A stretch of DNA of 63,667 bases, filler included, from Octopus bimaculoides (lineage: Eukaryota), in NCBI RefSeq assembly GCF_001194135.2. It is 9 parts of 7 records of this genome, joined end to end, with 100 filler letters (N's around TTAATTAATTAA, not from the genome) between each part and the next. Parts side by side here need not be neighbours in the genome. Positions count along the whole stretch, not along the records: positions 12,197 to 30,020 come from NC_068984.1; positions 30,121 to 52,163 come from NC_068988.1; 7 more parts are not named here. One strand, 5' to 3'. Of this stretch, positions 23,765 through 37,994 are shown piece by piece (the stretch's first letter is position 1; each line of letters opens with the position of its first letter). Made by a program: the position numbers and the translations under genes. Below the pieces are notes generated by a model, which saw only the letters and a list, made by a program, of their open reading frames with translations, was not told where the DNA came from and searched no databases.

Positions 23765-24230
23765 GATTTTACTGGTGAGTTGATGATGATGATGATTAGG
23801 AGGAGGAGGAGGAGGAGGAGGAGGGGGGAGGAGGAGGAGGATTGTAGCGATGAGAATGATGATGATGATGGTGTTGATGATACACGATTATAATGATTGT
23901 AATAGCGATCACGATACTGATAGTGGTGATAATGATGAAGCCACGCGGTGTTGTTGATGGTGATGATGGTGATGGTGATGGTTGTGATGATGGTGATGGT
24001 GATGATGGTGATGATGATGATGATGGTGATGGTGATGGTGATGATGATGGTTGGGACAATAAGTGTTACGATGATGAGAGGGATAAGACCGAAGTTGATA
24101 GGAGCAACAATGAGTATAGAGGTCGCTGACAATGATGATGACGATGATGATTGTAGTGATGATAATGATGACGATGATGATGATGATGATCATCATCATC
24201 ATGACGATGACAATAATAATGATAACGGTG
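23765..24230. repeat. Degenerate (GAT/GGT/GAG)n low-complexity tract
   Basis: Directly visible. Confidence 0.85.
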
Positions 24231-24642
24231 TAACGTTGCCAGTGTTGGTGGTGTTGGCGTTGATATATCTATTCCAAGCTTTAAGAACTGGAAAAGCAGG
24301 AAATTATTCCCCCCCACACACACACACACCCACTGCACCTCATCACACACACACACACCTCTGGCTTCTTTCCTCTTTTGTTTCTTTTGGTTCGAAACAA
24401 CAAACCGAAGGGAGTGTCTCAAGTGACTGCTAGAAATAACAGCCAAATCTTCCTCATGCTACGCCCAACCGTCTTAACAAAGACTACACACAACAAATAA
24501 TGTAACCCTAGATAAATTGTGACAGAAATGAGAAATGTGGACGGTTAGAGAAGTTTCGTTTTAGTTCTGAGGAACTAGACTTGACCCAGAGTTAAATAGC
24601 AATAACACCAACAGTAATACCTAGAGACCCATCACCACCACC

Positions 24643-24738
<96 letters not shown>

Positions 24739-25336
24739 AACAACAACAACAACAACAGCGTAATATATGCATATGTTTTTGGGTGCAGACACAAACAAGC
24801 ATAAACATACACACGCACTTTCTCCCTCCCTGTCTCTTTCTATCCCCCTCTCTCCCGCTCTTTCACACACACACACACACACACACATACATACACATTT
24901 GTTTGTAGCTACTTCCGCAACATGCTTATACGATAGTGTGGCGGTGTTTGGAGAGAAACTTTCATACTATGCCCGTATGTAGAGATTAACTCGGTTTTTC
25001 TTTTAAATATTGATGTGTTGTGCAGTGATAAGATGTGATATTTCACAGAGAAACTAACTACATTGTTTTCAACTATTTTGTATGTCTACGCCATAGAATA
25101 TTGTTTCAACAAAGTATAAACATGTCACATTAGCAACTCTCCACTAATAATCACTACGTTATTAATTTTGCCTTGAAAATGCAGAATAGATTTTTTTCCG
25201 ATTGAAGCAACAGAAAAACAGCAGCGATCATCACACATCACGTGGCACACTGCCAACTAGGTTTTTCTTCAGAATAAACTGAAGATCTTTGTGTCTAAAT
25301 TCCTGAATCTATTGTGGAGACAAACTATACGCCCAT

Positions 25337-25380
<44 letters not shown>

Positions 25381-25899
25381 GCTAAGAGGACGATTTTAGG
25401 TGGCTTCATATGAAAATCAATTTCCTCGTTATTTAGCAGTTCACCCCACCCCCAACCAGCCACCGACCTTTCTTCCGAACTTAAGACTACAACAACAGAA
25501 GGCAATTTATGAATATATAAAGTTGCTGACCATTTTCATGTAAGTACTGAGAATAAGTTATTGAGGACTCCAAGGGACGAAGCGAGTCTGGCATTTCCTG
25601 AGTCACTGCTGGGGCGACATTCGTCTATAACCGATATATATTGTGTTTTTAACACATGTCTATCAAGAGATTTTCTCTCAGACAAAAACCACAGCATCAG
25701 AGCTTTAAAAGGTGTATATACATCATGTATGATCCCCAAATGGCGTTTCTAAGGAATTATATCTATATGTAGTTTGTCTTGCTGAGAATGTTTACCCACG
25801 AGGAGTTTTCTGATAGCAAAAGACGGTGGGAGAGAAACAACTGATTTGTACATTTGTTAGTTAATAACATACATTATATTGGTACATTGGCATTCGAAG

Positions 25900-25941
<42 letters not shown>

Positions 25942-26021
25942 ACAAGCACATATGTACAGTTATAATATACTCAAGCATCCCTTCCCACGCACATACCTGT
26001 GCGTTACATATATGTATTCAC

Positions 26022-26055
<34 letters not shown>

Positions 26056-26247
26056 NNNNNNNNNNNNNNNNNNNNNNNNNNNNNNNNNNNNNNNNNNNNN
26101 NNNNNNNNNNNNNNNNNNNNNNNNNNNNNNNNNNNNNNNNNNNNNNNNNNNNNNNNNNNNNNNNNNNNNNNNNNNNNNNNNNNNNNNNNNNNNNNNNNNN
26201 NNNNNNNNNNNNNNNNNNNNNNNNNNNNNNNNNNNNNNNNNNNNNNN

Positions 26248-26279
<32 letters not shown>

Positions 26280-27088
26280 ATGTATAAATACATGTAAATA
26301 TAAACATATGTATATATGCATACACATATACGTGTATATATATACGTGTGTGTGTATGCACACACATATACACATACGTGAGTGTGCGATTGTAAGCGTG
26401 AGTATATGCGTGAAGAAAGAGAATGAGTGGCGCTTTATGTGTAATTTACATTTGGAAGTAGATTGCTATGTTTTTATGTATTGGTCAGCGAAATTAGAAC
26501 TAAACAACAACAACAACAACAACAATAAGTGTTCTGCAATGGCGCATTTGAGGGATTGATTTTTCTGTCTGTTGCTTTGAAAAAGCATTTATGAAGATGG
26601 GATCGGAGGAAACGGTTAGAGTCGATGAAACATATAAATAGATGAACGCACAGATTACAATGTTATTTGGAACAGAGATAAATATTCTGCAGTGCGATGC
26701 AACAACAACAACAACGTGGAAACACGGTTTAATGGTGGCGTCGTTGTTGATAGACTTTCGTTTACGTATTTACGTATTCAGTTTCATGCACACACACCCT
26801 CACACTTTCATATATGTGTATGCATGTCTATATGCATGTACCATTGAATGTATGCATAAATAAGCGTGTGAGTGTATTATATAATATATATGATGTGTGT
26901 GTGTGTGTGTACGTGTATGATGTAGGCATACTACATCATTTTATTATTTATTTTAAAATCTCCACATCTTTTTCATGGCAGTGTGTTTGTGTTATATATT
27001 TTACCAACCAGCTAAATATTTAGCAACAACAGGAACATTAAGAAGAATAAAGTTGAAATAATCGATATACACACATACATTCATATAT

Positions 27089-27153
<65 letters not shown>

Positions 27154-27296
27154 CACATATGAATGTATATCTGTATGTATGTGTGTATATATGAATGTAT
27201 GTATGTATATAAATCGATAGCTGATCCACATTGGAGGATGTATAACTATTATATCCAAAGTCGGTGTTGTACTTGTTCTGATAAGAAAAAATAGCC

Positions 27297-27461
27297 ATGG
27301 AGCCAGAAGCGGAGCCAGAAGCGGAGCCAGAAGCGGAGCCAGAAGCGGAGCCAGAAGCGGAGCCAGAAGCGGAGCCAGAAGCGGAGCCAGAAGCGGAGCC
27401 AGGTTCCTCACTGAACAAAATAGCAACAAGACGTGAGATGCTAGTTTTTTTCATGTGGTAG
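27297..27461 (+). CDS. Candidate short ORF or first exon M(EPEA)8EPGSSLNKIATR...
   Basis: gccATGG Kozak context exactly at the repeat start; possible donor C|GTGAGA at 27432/27433. No homology recognised. Confidence 0.2.
   Translation: MEPEAEPEAEPEAEPEAEPEAEPEAEPEAEPEAEPGSSLNKIATRREMLVFFMW
27300..27401. repeat. Perfect 12-bp minisatellite (GAGCCAGAAGCG) x8.5
   Basis: Eight exact units plus GAGCCA. Confidence 0.97.
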
Positions 27462-29569
27462 ATATACACACAACATTTTTGCCATAACATGTCTATATAA
27501 TTATTTCTCTATACAACGCTATTAATGCTGCATATTCTAGAAAAGATCGGTCTTTCTTTATTTTTTTTAATAAGTCGAGCCAGGTCTTGACAGTAAATAG
27601 ACCATTTGCCGATGAGTGTATATGTTTTGGTGTAATTGAATCAATAAGTTGATATTAGAAGTCGAAAGATTGTTCCTAATGGTTAACTAAATTTAACCAA
27701 CAGATAGAGAATCGTGAAGTCGAAGCTGCTAATATTTCCTCTGCTGATTCTGATATATATCTGCGTTGTTAGGGCGACATACTGGGCTTCCCTCGTGGAG
27801 TAGATATACAGATGTACAGACGATATCGCGTCAGAGGAAGTTAAGGAGTGACTAATTGACTGCGAATATATGAAACAAAATTTTATTTTAGACTAATTCC
27901 AAATTGAACTCACTTTACAGAATAAATGTCATTATTTAGCTCTTTAGTTTATTTCGTTGACCACGGCTTTGGCTTTACTGGAATCCAGCTTATATGAATA
28001 TTTCAAGTCCTTACAGTTTTACTTGGGTTTCACTGTGAAGGAACGTGTTTCTATCAACACTTTGAAGCAAAAGGTACGAGTGTCGTTGATGAAAATGTTT
28101 AACTCTCAATATTTGAAAGCTGGGGAGAAATAAATGATGAAACACAGAAATTGGAACTCTGGGAAATTGATTTAGAGATCGAACAGTTGGCCAAGATTAT
28201 AATCGCTTCAAGTTAAGAAAACATATTTTGTTATTTTGTAAAACAATGTCAAAATGTCTGGTATAAAACCTGGCTTAAACAATGAATTATAGCAGCGAGG
28301 GGCTTTCACACGGTCAGTTGATCTGTTAGAAATAGAAACCAAATCTTCTTAACCACGTGATACTGTCTTTAAAAATGGGGAATGATTCACTGGATGATAT
28401 CGACTTTTCCAAAAGTGGTACGAATCTTTCTCGAACTTGACTGATCTTGGGATAGATATTAACCACAATAACAGCAGCAGCAACAGCAACAGCAACAAAA
28501 TCAAAAACGATCATAGCAGTTTAACATTATTACAACAGGATGTTAATTAATGTGTACAATGGACGTTTCTAGAGAAATGTGTAACTTCCTGAATGACCCG
28601 AAGAATATTACTGATAATAATCTTATCGACCGCTCACTCGAAAGAGAGAGACAGACAGACAGAGAGAGCGGTAGGTAGATGTGGGTAGCACCACTTACCC
28701 GGGTAGGGTTTAAGCGCAAAACAGAAGGGCATCACCGAATATTGTAAATCAACTAAACCATTGCATTTCTATCTTCGCCGTCCTAACTCGTATAGAACTG
28801 TCTGTGGATTAATAAGAAACTGTTCAAAACAGACAATATTGCTTATCGATTATCAGATGAGCAACAACATCCGAATATTATAGAATTTTGTTCATATATA
28901 GGATTATAACCAAGACATCATATAACTTGCGCATGAATTGGAGAAAGGTCCAATGCTATCCTCACTCTTCTGTCTGGGACTGTCTTGATCCGGAGAAAAT
29001 ACAAGGACAACATGGCTACCGACAGATCTGGATGAAGTGGATGACGACGGCTTGCACAGAGTCCAGTATTGATGCCTTTTACATAGTTGAAGCAACGGTT
29101 CTCGGCTGCTTTGTCCACTGGAAACAGTCTTCTTTTTTGTATTAAGACTCTGGTTCACCGAGATTTTATAGCAAAATAATCTGAAATGTTGCAAGTAAAA
29201 ATGGGATAATCTAAAATATTTTTAATAGTTAGAAATTCATTTATTTCCATTTGCAGTTCCGTGACTACGTAACTTTAGACATTAGTATTAATTAATTTAC
29301 GCTTAATTTTTTAAAATTGTCATTAGCAAAGATTGAAATAGCGACAGCAACACCTGAAATATCTATAATTATAACAAATTATTGGCGTGGTCTGCAAAAG
29401 GACATTAATAATTTGTAATGTTTTATTTCGGTTTGAAAATCAATATCTGTAGCGAACTAATTTAGGATCACGTTATATTTGTTAGAGTTTAGTTAGAGAA
29501 ACGAGGGTGTAGTACTCGGTTGAAGGGGTTAAACTGAGAGACGGATTAAATCTACCACCAAGCAGACCA

Positions 29570-29810
29570 TGGTACGATTTGAACTCGAACGCAATAAAGT
29601 AAGAACAAATACTGTAAGGATTTTAGCCCGTCTCTTTTAATGTTCTACCAACCAATGCCCTCAGTTGGTACTTTTTTATTGACCCCGAAAGAATGGAAGG
29701 TAAACCTGGCCTCTGTTGTATTTGAACTTAGAGTGCAAAAGAGTCAAGGCAAATACAAAGAAGCATTTTGTTCGAGACACAAACACTGCTCACCTACCAA
29801 TTCCTATGAA
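29570..29810 (-). mobile_element. Decayed SINE family B
   Basis: TTGGTAC...TATTGACCCCGAAAGAATGGAAGGTAAA...ATTTGAACTTAG. Confidence 0.55.
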
Positions 29811-30260
29811 CGTTTGTTTATGGGGGGGGGGGAAATAAGTAGTTATTTTATTACATTTGTTGGTTTAGTAAATGAGGTAGAAATAATCCTTTAATTAAAA
29901 CGGTATTTCAATAAAAGGAAAACGGTGTGATTGCGCATTCCTGAGCTAATCAATGAGTTTTATATAATTTATCCTTATAAACTGCATCATTGCATATTTC
30001 ATAGTATCATATATTATATANNNNNNNNNNNNNNNNNNNNNNNNNNNNNNNNNNNNNNNNNNNNTTAATTAATTAANNNNNNNNNNNNNNNNNNNNNNNN
30101 NNNNNNNNNNNNNNNNNNNNGCACTACCAGCAATAATTTTTCCAGTGGGAATCCAAAGGCATAAAATACTATTTTGTATCGTATAGAAAAATTTCTTTGT
30201 TTTTACAAGTCGTAGTTTTTTATTTATTCTCTGAAGTTAATCGACTTTTAGTGAGCGGTT

Positions 30261-30300
<40 letters not shown>

Positions 30301-31135
30301 CTTGTGAGAGATTCTCTTTCTCTCTCTCTCTTTCTCTCTCTCTCACTCTCTCGCTCCCTCAAGAAAATATATTTATATAACTGCATTCATTCAAATCACA
30401 GCAGATAGGGTAATGAATAATATTATTTTTTGGAACGTCTAAACTCGAACCAAACAAAGCTATTAATAATAACGGGCAATTATTGTTTAAAAAAGATCTT
30501 TGGACCCACAATACTCTGGTTAGAATGAGTATTCTAAAAACAATGAGTATTGTTATCGTATTACATTGTGGTGTAATGGCTACAATCCAATGATTGAAGC
30601 CAGTAAATATCTAGTTGTGCCAATGATAATGGTTTCAATTTTCGCATGAATCTACACAATGGATAATAATAAAGTATAGAGAAGGAAAACAACAACAATA
30701 ACAGGGATATATAAAGGATATAACCATTTTCAAATGTGTATCCATTAAACTAATCTTATGTTTTCTTATAACCTTATTTCTGTTCCATTCTAAACAAAAT
30801 TGTCCGACGAACGGGAACGTGAAACTCTGAGTAACAGTTTTTGCGATATTTCTGCTGCTTTTTAATAAAGTGTATATATATATATATATATATATNNNNN
30901 NNNNNNNNNNNNNNNNNNNNNNNNNNNNNNNNNNNNNNNNNNNNNNNNNNNNNNNNNNNNNNNNNNNNNNNNNNNNNNNNNNNNNNNNNNNNNNNNNNNN
31001 NNNNNNNNNNNNNNNNNNNNNNNNNNNNNNNNNNNNNNNNNNNNNNNNNNNNNNNNNNNNNNNNNNNNNNNNNNNNNNNNNNNNNNNNNNNNNNNNNNNN
31101 NNNNNNNNNNNNNNNNNNNNNNNNNNNNNNNNNNN

Positions 31136-31261
31136 TCTTTGGAAGCCTAGTACTTATTCTATCGGTATCTTTTGCCGAACCGCTAAGTTACGGGGACGTG
31201 AACACACCAACATCGGTTATCAAGCGATGTTGGGGGGACAAACACAGACACACAAACATAT

Positions 31262-31302
<41 letters not shown>

Positions 31303-31462
31303 CATATATACGACGGGCTTCTTTCAGTTTCCGTCTACCAAATCCACTCACAAGGCTTTGGTCGGCCCGAGGCTATAGTAGAAGACACTTGCCCAAGGTG
31401 CCACGCAGTGGGACTGAACCCGAAACCATGTGGTTGGCAAGCAAGCTACTTACCACACAGCC
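31136..31462 (-). mobile_element. SINE family A (truncated by gap)
   Basis: Near-identical to 47346-47727. Confidence 0.9.
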
Positions 31463-32636
31463 GTATGTATATGTAAGTATTTACACACACACACGCATGC
31501 GCGCGTACACACACACATACACGCTTGCATCGATGTGTGTGTCATAGAAAAAACCAAAAAGACATCAGAAAGTATTTTCGGTCCCAGGTCTGTTGTTGAC
31601 AGAGCAAACCTAATATCAAAGGCGTTACAACCATTGGACCTCCGCATTTCTTTATATCTATGGCTACCTTGTCCTATGAGTCCTTCCTTCTTTTAACACT
31701 GTGGAGTATGCTTGTTAGAAAGTCTGGCTGCTGTTTCTAGCAACGACGTAGAGGCTCTTTCGTTGGGTCAGCTGTTAGTATACGGAAAAGAAAGAAAGAA
31801 AGAAAGAAAGAAAGGGAGGGAGAGAGGGAGGGAAAATATATAATTGATTTCATCTCATGTCATAACAAGTCTGGCATTGGAATTAATTATGGCAAAGGTA
31901 AAAGAGAAGGGATAAGAAGAAGTATAGATTACGTACAGCATGTAAAATGTGTGCGCTTTTGGTTACGTCATCAGCAGTATTGGCTATCATTTGACTTCAC
32001 TGTCCATGAAAACATAGACGGAAAGTTTTTGTTAACGGAAATCTATCTAAAGAGACAGAGATCAGCTTACTTGCCGCTAGGTTTAAAGTTTTGCTTCCTT
32101 GTTCTTAGCAAAGGTAATTAACATCCGATGCCTCAGTCAGTCTATACAGTCGTAAATAAGTATCACTTAAAGAAACGCATTCAGTATATCTTTACATAAG
32201 CCCCGTAGGAGGGCTGTAGTCAAACTGGCTTGGTCTCTCTACCTAGCTAGATATAGCTGACATAAGTGGATATAGTAATTCCTGTACTTCGGTTTGTTAC
32301 CTAGGTAGAAACCTGCATTTATGTACTTCCTTGGATGTTGTAAGCATCCAGGTGTCTTGTATACCTCTGTTGTAATGCAATGAATATTTGTTATCTCGTA
32401 ATACCGATCTTATATATATATACTGTCCCTTCTTCGGTCACTAGATATCCTTTTTAATTTTTATTAGTGATATGACAATATGTCATATGTGTTTGTATAT
32501 TGTTTTTATTGTCCTGTCCTCTTAGTTGAAAAATAAACAGGTAAATTGACATAATACAATGTCTGCAAGTTGATGAGTACCACCTATTATTCCCCTCCAT
32601 TTTCTTATTACTATATATATATATATATATATATAT

Positions 32637-32688
32637 ATGCTGTCTTTCCTTCCACTTAGAATCTTCTAAGTGGAAGGAAAGGCAGCAT
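32637..32688. repeat. 52-bp near-perfect palindrome
   Basis: ATGCTGTCTTTCCTTCCACTTAGAA-TC-TTCTAAGTGGAAGGAAAGGCAGCAT; 25-bp arms, one mismatch. Confidence 0.95.
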
Positions 32689-32734
32689 GTTTTTGTCTAG
32701 GAGATTTTAGGCAAAATTATACTAATGTGTCCAT

Positions 32735-33830
32735 CTGTTTTAATTTAATTAATTTTATTCATCAAAGTAAGTACCATTACAATCAACAGATTTTTTGCCA
32801 ACGCGTTACAAGTTTGTTTTTTCCGGTAGCATAAAAATCTGGAGTTCTTCAGCTGATGAACTCTTTGAACACACTTTCAGAATCGGTTTGATATTTGAAC
32901 TCCTTCTCTCGCAGGAAACCATCAAGGTGCTTGAAAAACTGGTAATCGGTTGGAAAAAGGTCTGGGGAATAAGCTGGGTAGGGAAGAACTTCGTAGCCAA
33001 GTTCCCTCAACTTCTGGAGCGTCATTCGTGAAACGTGTGGTCGAGAATTGTCATGAAGAATGATTGGCCCTCTTCTGTTGACCAGTCTGGGACGGAGGAG
33101 TAATAGTTTTCGTTCTTTTTGGCAATTTCATGGCAGTATGTTTCTGCAGTAATGGTTTTTCCGGGTTTTAAAACGTTATAGTGGAGTTCAGCAGTACACC
33201 ACCAAACAGTCACCATAACCTTCTTTTGAAGCGCTCGGATTTAGGGAAGGTTTTGAGTGCTTCATTTTGATCCAAACCACTGCGAAGAAGTTTTTTTTTT
33301 TTTTTTGTACAGAATCCATTTTTCATCGCAAGTTACAATACAGTCGAGAAATGGATCAGTCTGGTTACAGAGTAGACGCAACCAACAAATTTCATATCTG
33401 CGCGTTTTCTGATTGTCATTCAAATCGTGTGGTGCCCATTTGTTAAGCTATTTTGATTTTCTGATCGCATGCAAATGGTGGCAGGCAATTTTCTGGCTAA
33501 CCGTAAGTTCTTTTGTCAGTTCTCCAGCGGTTTTATGTGGATCTTTTTCAATGACGGACTTTTTAATTGACCGTCATCGATGACAGATGGGCGTCCAATA
33601 AGCTCACGATCTTCAAGGCTCAGATCTCCACTGCGAAACCGTTTAAACCATTTTCGAGCAGACCACTCACTGGTCATTTCCTCACCAAACGTTTCGTTGA
33701 CATCGCGAGCAGTTTCATCTACTTTACGTCCTTTTTTGAAGTTGAATAGCAAAATTGCTCGAATATCGCGCTTTGACAGTTCCATTTCAGATGATTGTAA
33801 CAACGGTGAAAAAATATATCAATGTTGATT
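32735..33830 (-). mobile_element. Near full-length decayed mariner (DD34D) transposase
   Basis: MELSKRDIRAILLFNFKKG...WFKRFRSGDLSLED...GRP; VMVTVWW; NRRGPIILHDNSRPHV...YEVLPYPAYSPDLFPTDYQFFKHL...GTYFDE*, with frameshifts. Confidence 0.92.
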
Positions 33831-34725
33831 TATCAATGTATTTGGGAAAGTCTATGTCTGTATGACCAGACAGTTTTTAAAAATGTTTAAAAAAATTCAA
33901 AACTCTACAAAAATCCGGTACAAATTCTTCATGATTCAAAAGGTTNNNNNNNNNNNNNNNNNNNNNNNNNNNNNNNNNNNNNNNNNNNNNNNNNNNNNNN
34001 NNNNNNNNNNNNNNNNNNNNNNNNNNNNNNNNNNNNNNNNNNNNNNNNNNNNNNNNNNNNNNNNNNNNNNNNNNNNNNNNNNNNNNNNNNNNNNNNNNNN
34101 NNNNNNNNNNNNNNNNNNNNNNNNNNNNNNNNNNNNNNNNNNNNNNNNNNNNNNNNNNNNNNNNNNNNNNNNNNNNNNNNNNNNNNNNNNNNNNNNNNNN
34201 NNNNNNNNNNNNNNNNNNNNNNNNNNNNNNNNNNNNNNNNNNNNNNNNNNNNNNNNNNNNNNNNNNNNNNNNNNNNNNNNNNNNNNNNNNNNNNNNNNNN
34301 NNNNNNNNNNNNNNNNNNNNNNNNNNNNNNNNNNNNNNNNNNNNNNNNNNNNNNNNNNNNNNNNNNNNNNATAGCATAGAAGTTCGGCATAAGACAACGG
34401 TAGAAACGATATGTTTAAGTGCCAGTCTCAAGAAATAATAAATCCTGGAGTCGATTTGTTCGACGGAAACCCTTCAAAATGATACCCCCTGTATGGACGC
34501 AGTTCAATGATTGAAACAGAAAAAAAAAAAAAAGATTATAAGATAACAATATTATGAGAGAATAGGTTACGTGATTAATGACGATAGGGAAGTTTTGGTA
34601 TTGGATGAAATAGCAGCTGTTCATATTTGTTGAATACCTCAGCAGTAGCAATATCTGAATACTTTTTATTCGACCTTGCGTGATATCAACAACTACTCTA
34701 ACAGAAAATAGTTCCTCCCACTGTT

Positions 34726-34783
<58 letters not shown>

Positions 34784-34972
34784 CTCTATGTATCTCTCTA
34801 TGTATCTATATCTGTGTGTCTATCTATCTTTCTCTCTTCTTTCTTTCTTCCGTTCCTTTTGTCACTTATTTATACAAACATACAAATACAACGTGTGTGT
34901 GTGTTTGTGCATACAAGCATACACCACACACACACTCACATATACAGAGAGAGAGAAAGAGAGAGACGTGTT

Positions 34973-35008
<36 letters not shown>

Positions 35009-35524
35009 CTTACTTGTGCGTGTGTGAATGGGTGTTTACCTGTTTGTGTATGCCTGTCTGTATATGCACATAAAAGGTATCACACTGTTTCCCCTGTGAT
35101 ATATTAAATAAATTCATTTAACCGGATCTAATAATGTTGACGTCTTCATTGTCATTGTTGTCGGTGGTGGTGGCAGTGGTAGTGGTACACGAAGAGAGTG
35201 ACAAAGACAGGCAGAAGCTTACAATGTAGTAAGAAAAAAAGAAAAAGAAAAAGGAAGGAAGAAAAAGAGAGAAAAGGAAGAAAGAAAGAAATGTTTTTGA
35301 GAATAAAATGGTGTTGAATTTGATGAGAAAGTTGTGCAACAGTTTTGACGTTGCTGTTATAGAAAAATTGAAGAAAGATAAAACCAACGTAACTGATGTA
35401 ATTTAAACTGACCTACAAAATACCTCACGCCTTGTCGTATTTCTAATGAAACGGTCAGCACGTCTGTTGAAGATACTGACCCTAAGCAAATCTTATGGAA
35501 GTTGGATGAGATTATGTTTTTATT

Positions 35525-35720
35525 TATTTCGGTTAATTAGCCTGCGGCCATGCTGAAGCACCGCCTTGAAGGGTTTTAGTCGAGCGAATCGACCCTAGTA
35601 CTTACTTTTTTTTAAAGCCTGGCACTTATTCTGTCAGTCTCGTTAATGTTCAACTGCTAATATAGCGGGACGTAAACACACCGACGCCGGTTGTCAATCA
35701 GTGGTGGGGGGGACAAACAC
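35525..35720 (-). mobile_element. SINE family A 3' half
   Basis: CTGCGGCCATGCTG...GTCGAGCGAATCGACC...CGTAAACACACC...GGGGGGACAAACAC. Confidence 0.8.
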
Positions 35721-35724
35721 TATT

Positions 35725-35873
35725 AATTACATTGAGTTCAACTGATACTTATTTTGCCGACGCAAAAAAGCAAATCGAACTCGGCAGAAATTAAACTCAG
35801 AATGTAAAGACGGACGAAATACCGCTAAGCATTTCGTCCGGCGTGCTTACGATTCTACCAGCTCGTTGCCTTA
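35725..35873 (-). mobile_element. SINE family B 5' part
   Basis: GACGGACGAAATACCGCTAAGCATTTCGTCCGGCGTGC head. Confidence 0.8.
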
Positions 35874-36111
35874 CTAATCTATTAATGATAATAATAAATC
35901 GTGATCGGACCAAGGCAATGAGAACGTTCCTCTATCATCATCCAGTGACAAGCATCAGCTGTCACCGCCTCACCAATCACTATTAAAAGCGAGCGAAGAA
36001 TTAAGAGTAACTTTATGCAATACAGTTCTGGGACAAACTCCACAACAGGTATTGCATGCAATTGTTTTTCGTTTTCACACACACACAGACACAGACACAC
36101 ACACAGACACA

Positions 36112-36161
<50 letters not shown>

Positions 36162-36799
36162 NNNNNNNNNNNNNNNNNNNNNNNNNNNNNNNNNNNNNNN
36201 NNNNNNNNNNNNNNNNNNNNNNNNNNNNNNNNNNNNNNNNNNNNNNNNNNNNNNNNNNNNNNNNNNNNNNNNNNNNNNNNNNNNNNNNNNNNNNNNNNNN
36301 NNNNNNNNNNNNNNNNNNNNNNNNNNNNNNNNNNNNNNNNNNNNNNNNNNNNNNNNNNNNNNNNNNNNNNNNNNNNNNNNNNNNNNNNNNNNNNNNNNNN
36401 NNNNNNNNNNNNNNNNNNNNATATATATATATATATATATGAGTGTATGTATAGTATGTATACATATATATATATATATAATGTACGTATATACATTAGC
36501 ACTTGCACACGTACACGCAGGTACGCGCATGCATACATGCATATATATGGACGTATGCACCACGTACTTTTATGCACGCTGACACATACAAAGTTGAGTT
36601 TTAAGTATATGGATGTCTTTCTACGTTAGTATTACAGATATTTGCATTACAAATTTGGTTATTGTTCCAAAGACTTGTCAGATATATACAATATTGTCTT
36701 AACTTAGTTCCAATGTTTATATTATAAACTAATACACAATAGAAGGTTATATATGCAACAGACTTTATTCTGAACAGAGTATACATACATACTTATGTA

Positions 36800-36865
<66 letters not shown>

Positions 36866-36968
36866 CGATATTAATTGATATCAATTTAATACCATATATA
36901 TATATATATATTTGTGAGTGCGTGCGCGAGCGCGCATTTGTGCGTGTGTGCGTGTGTGTGTGTCTTAT

Positions 36969-37000
<32 letters not shown>

Positions 37001-37094
37001 GTATATATATATATAAGCATATTTGCAGATATGTATATATAAATATCTATTAGGTAGGTCTACGCAGGGAGAGACACAGCGAAGACAGAGAAAG

Positions 37095-37182
<88 letters not shown>

Positions 37183-37994
37183 TAGATAGACAGACAGACA
37201 GACAGGTCTGCTCTGATTAGAGCAGGTTTTACTTTCATGACATTCCAATTGTAAAGTTAGTATTAATACTTTTAAAACGTGGGACGTTATGCAGTAATAA
37301 AAATAAATGCAATATTTTAGCAATGAGTAATGCTATGAATCTATTGGCAACCATGGCTGAAGCTTCGGCAGTTTCCTTGATGAGGTCAAAATAAACAAAT
37401 AAATGACGAGAATTTTCTGTAAGTGTGGACGCATGTCTATATGCATGCTTGTATGCATGTATGTATGTACATANNNNNNNNNNNNNNNNNNNNNNNNNNN
37501 NNNNNNNNNNNNNNNNNNNNNNNNNNNNNNNNNNNNNNNNNNNNNNNNNNNNNNNNNNNNNNNNNNNNNNNNNNNNNNNNNNNNNNNNNNNNNNNNNNNN
37601 NNNNNNNNNNNNNNNNNNNNNNNNNNNNNNNNNNNNNNNNNNNNNNNNNNNNNNNNNNNNNNNNNNNNNNNNNNNNNNNNNNNNNNNNNNNNNNNNNNNN
37701 NNNNNNNNNNNNNNNNNNNNNNNNNNNNNNNNNNNNNNNNNNNNNNNNAATATACATGCGTATATATGTATGTACGTGTGTATGTGTGTATATATATGTA
37801 TATGTATATATATAGAGAGAGATAGATAGATAGATAGATACATACATACATACATACATATATACATACATACGTGTATGTGTATATATATGTGTGTGTG
37901 TGTGTATGTATATACGTATATGTATAAACATACATACATACATACATACATACATACATACATACATACATACATACATACACACATACAGTAT

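Noticed and set aside
27300-27401. CRISPR-like array
   Set aside because: Contiguous identical units with no spacers, eukaryotic context, and no cas genes.
28888-29194. Overlapping ORFs on both strands
   Set aside because: Several frames are partly open but none gives a recognisable protein or convincing splice sites.
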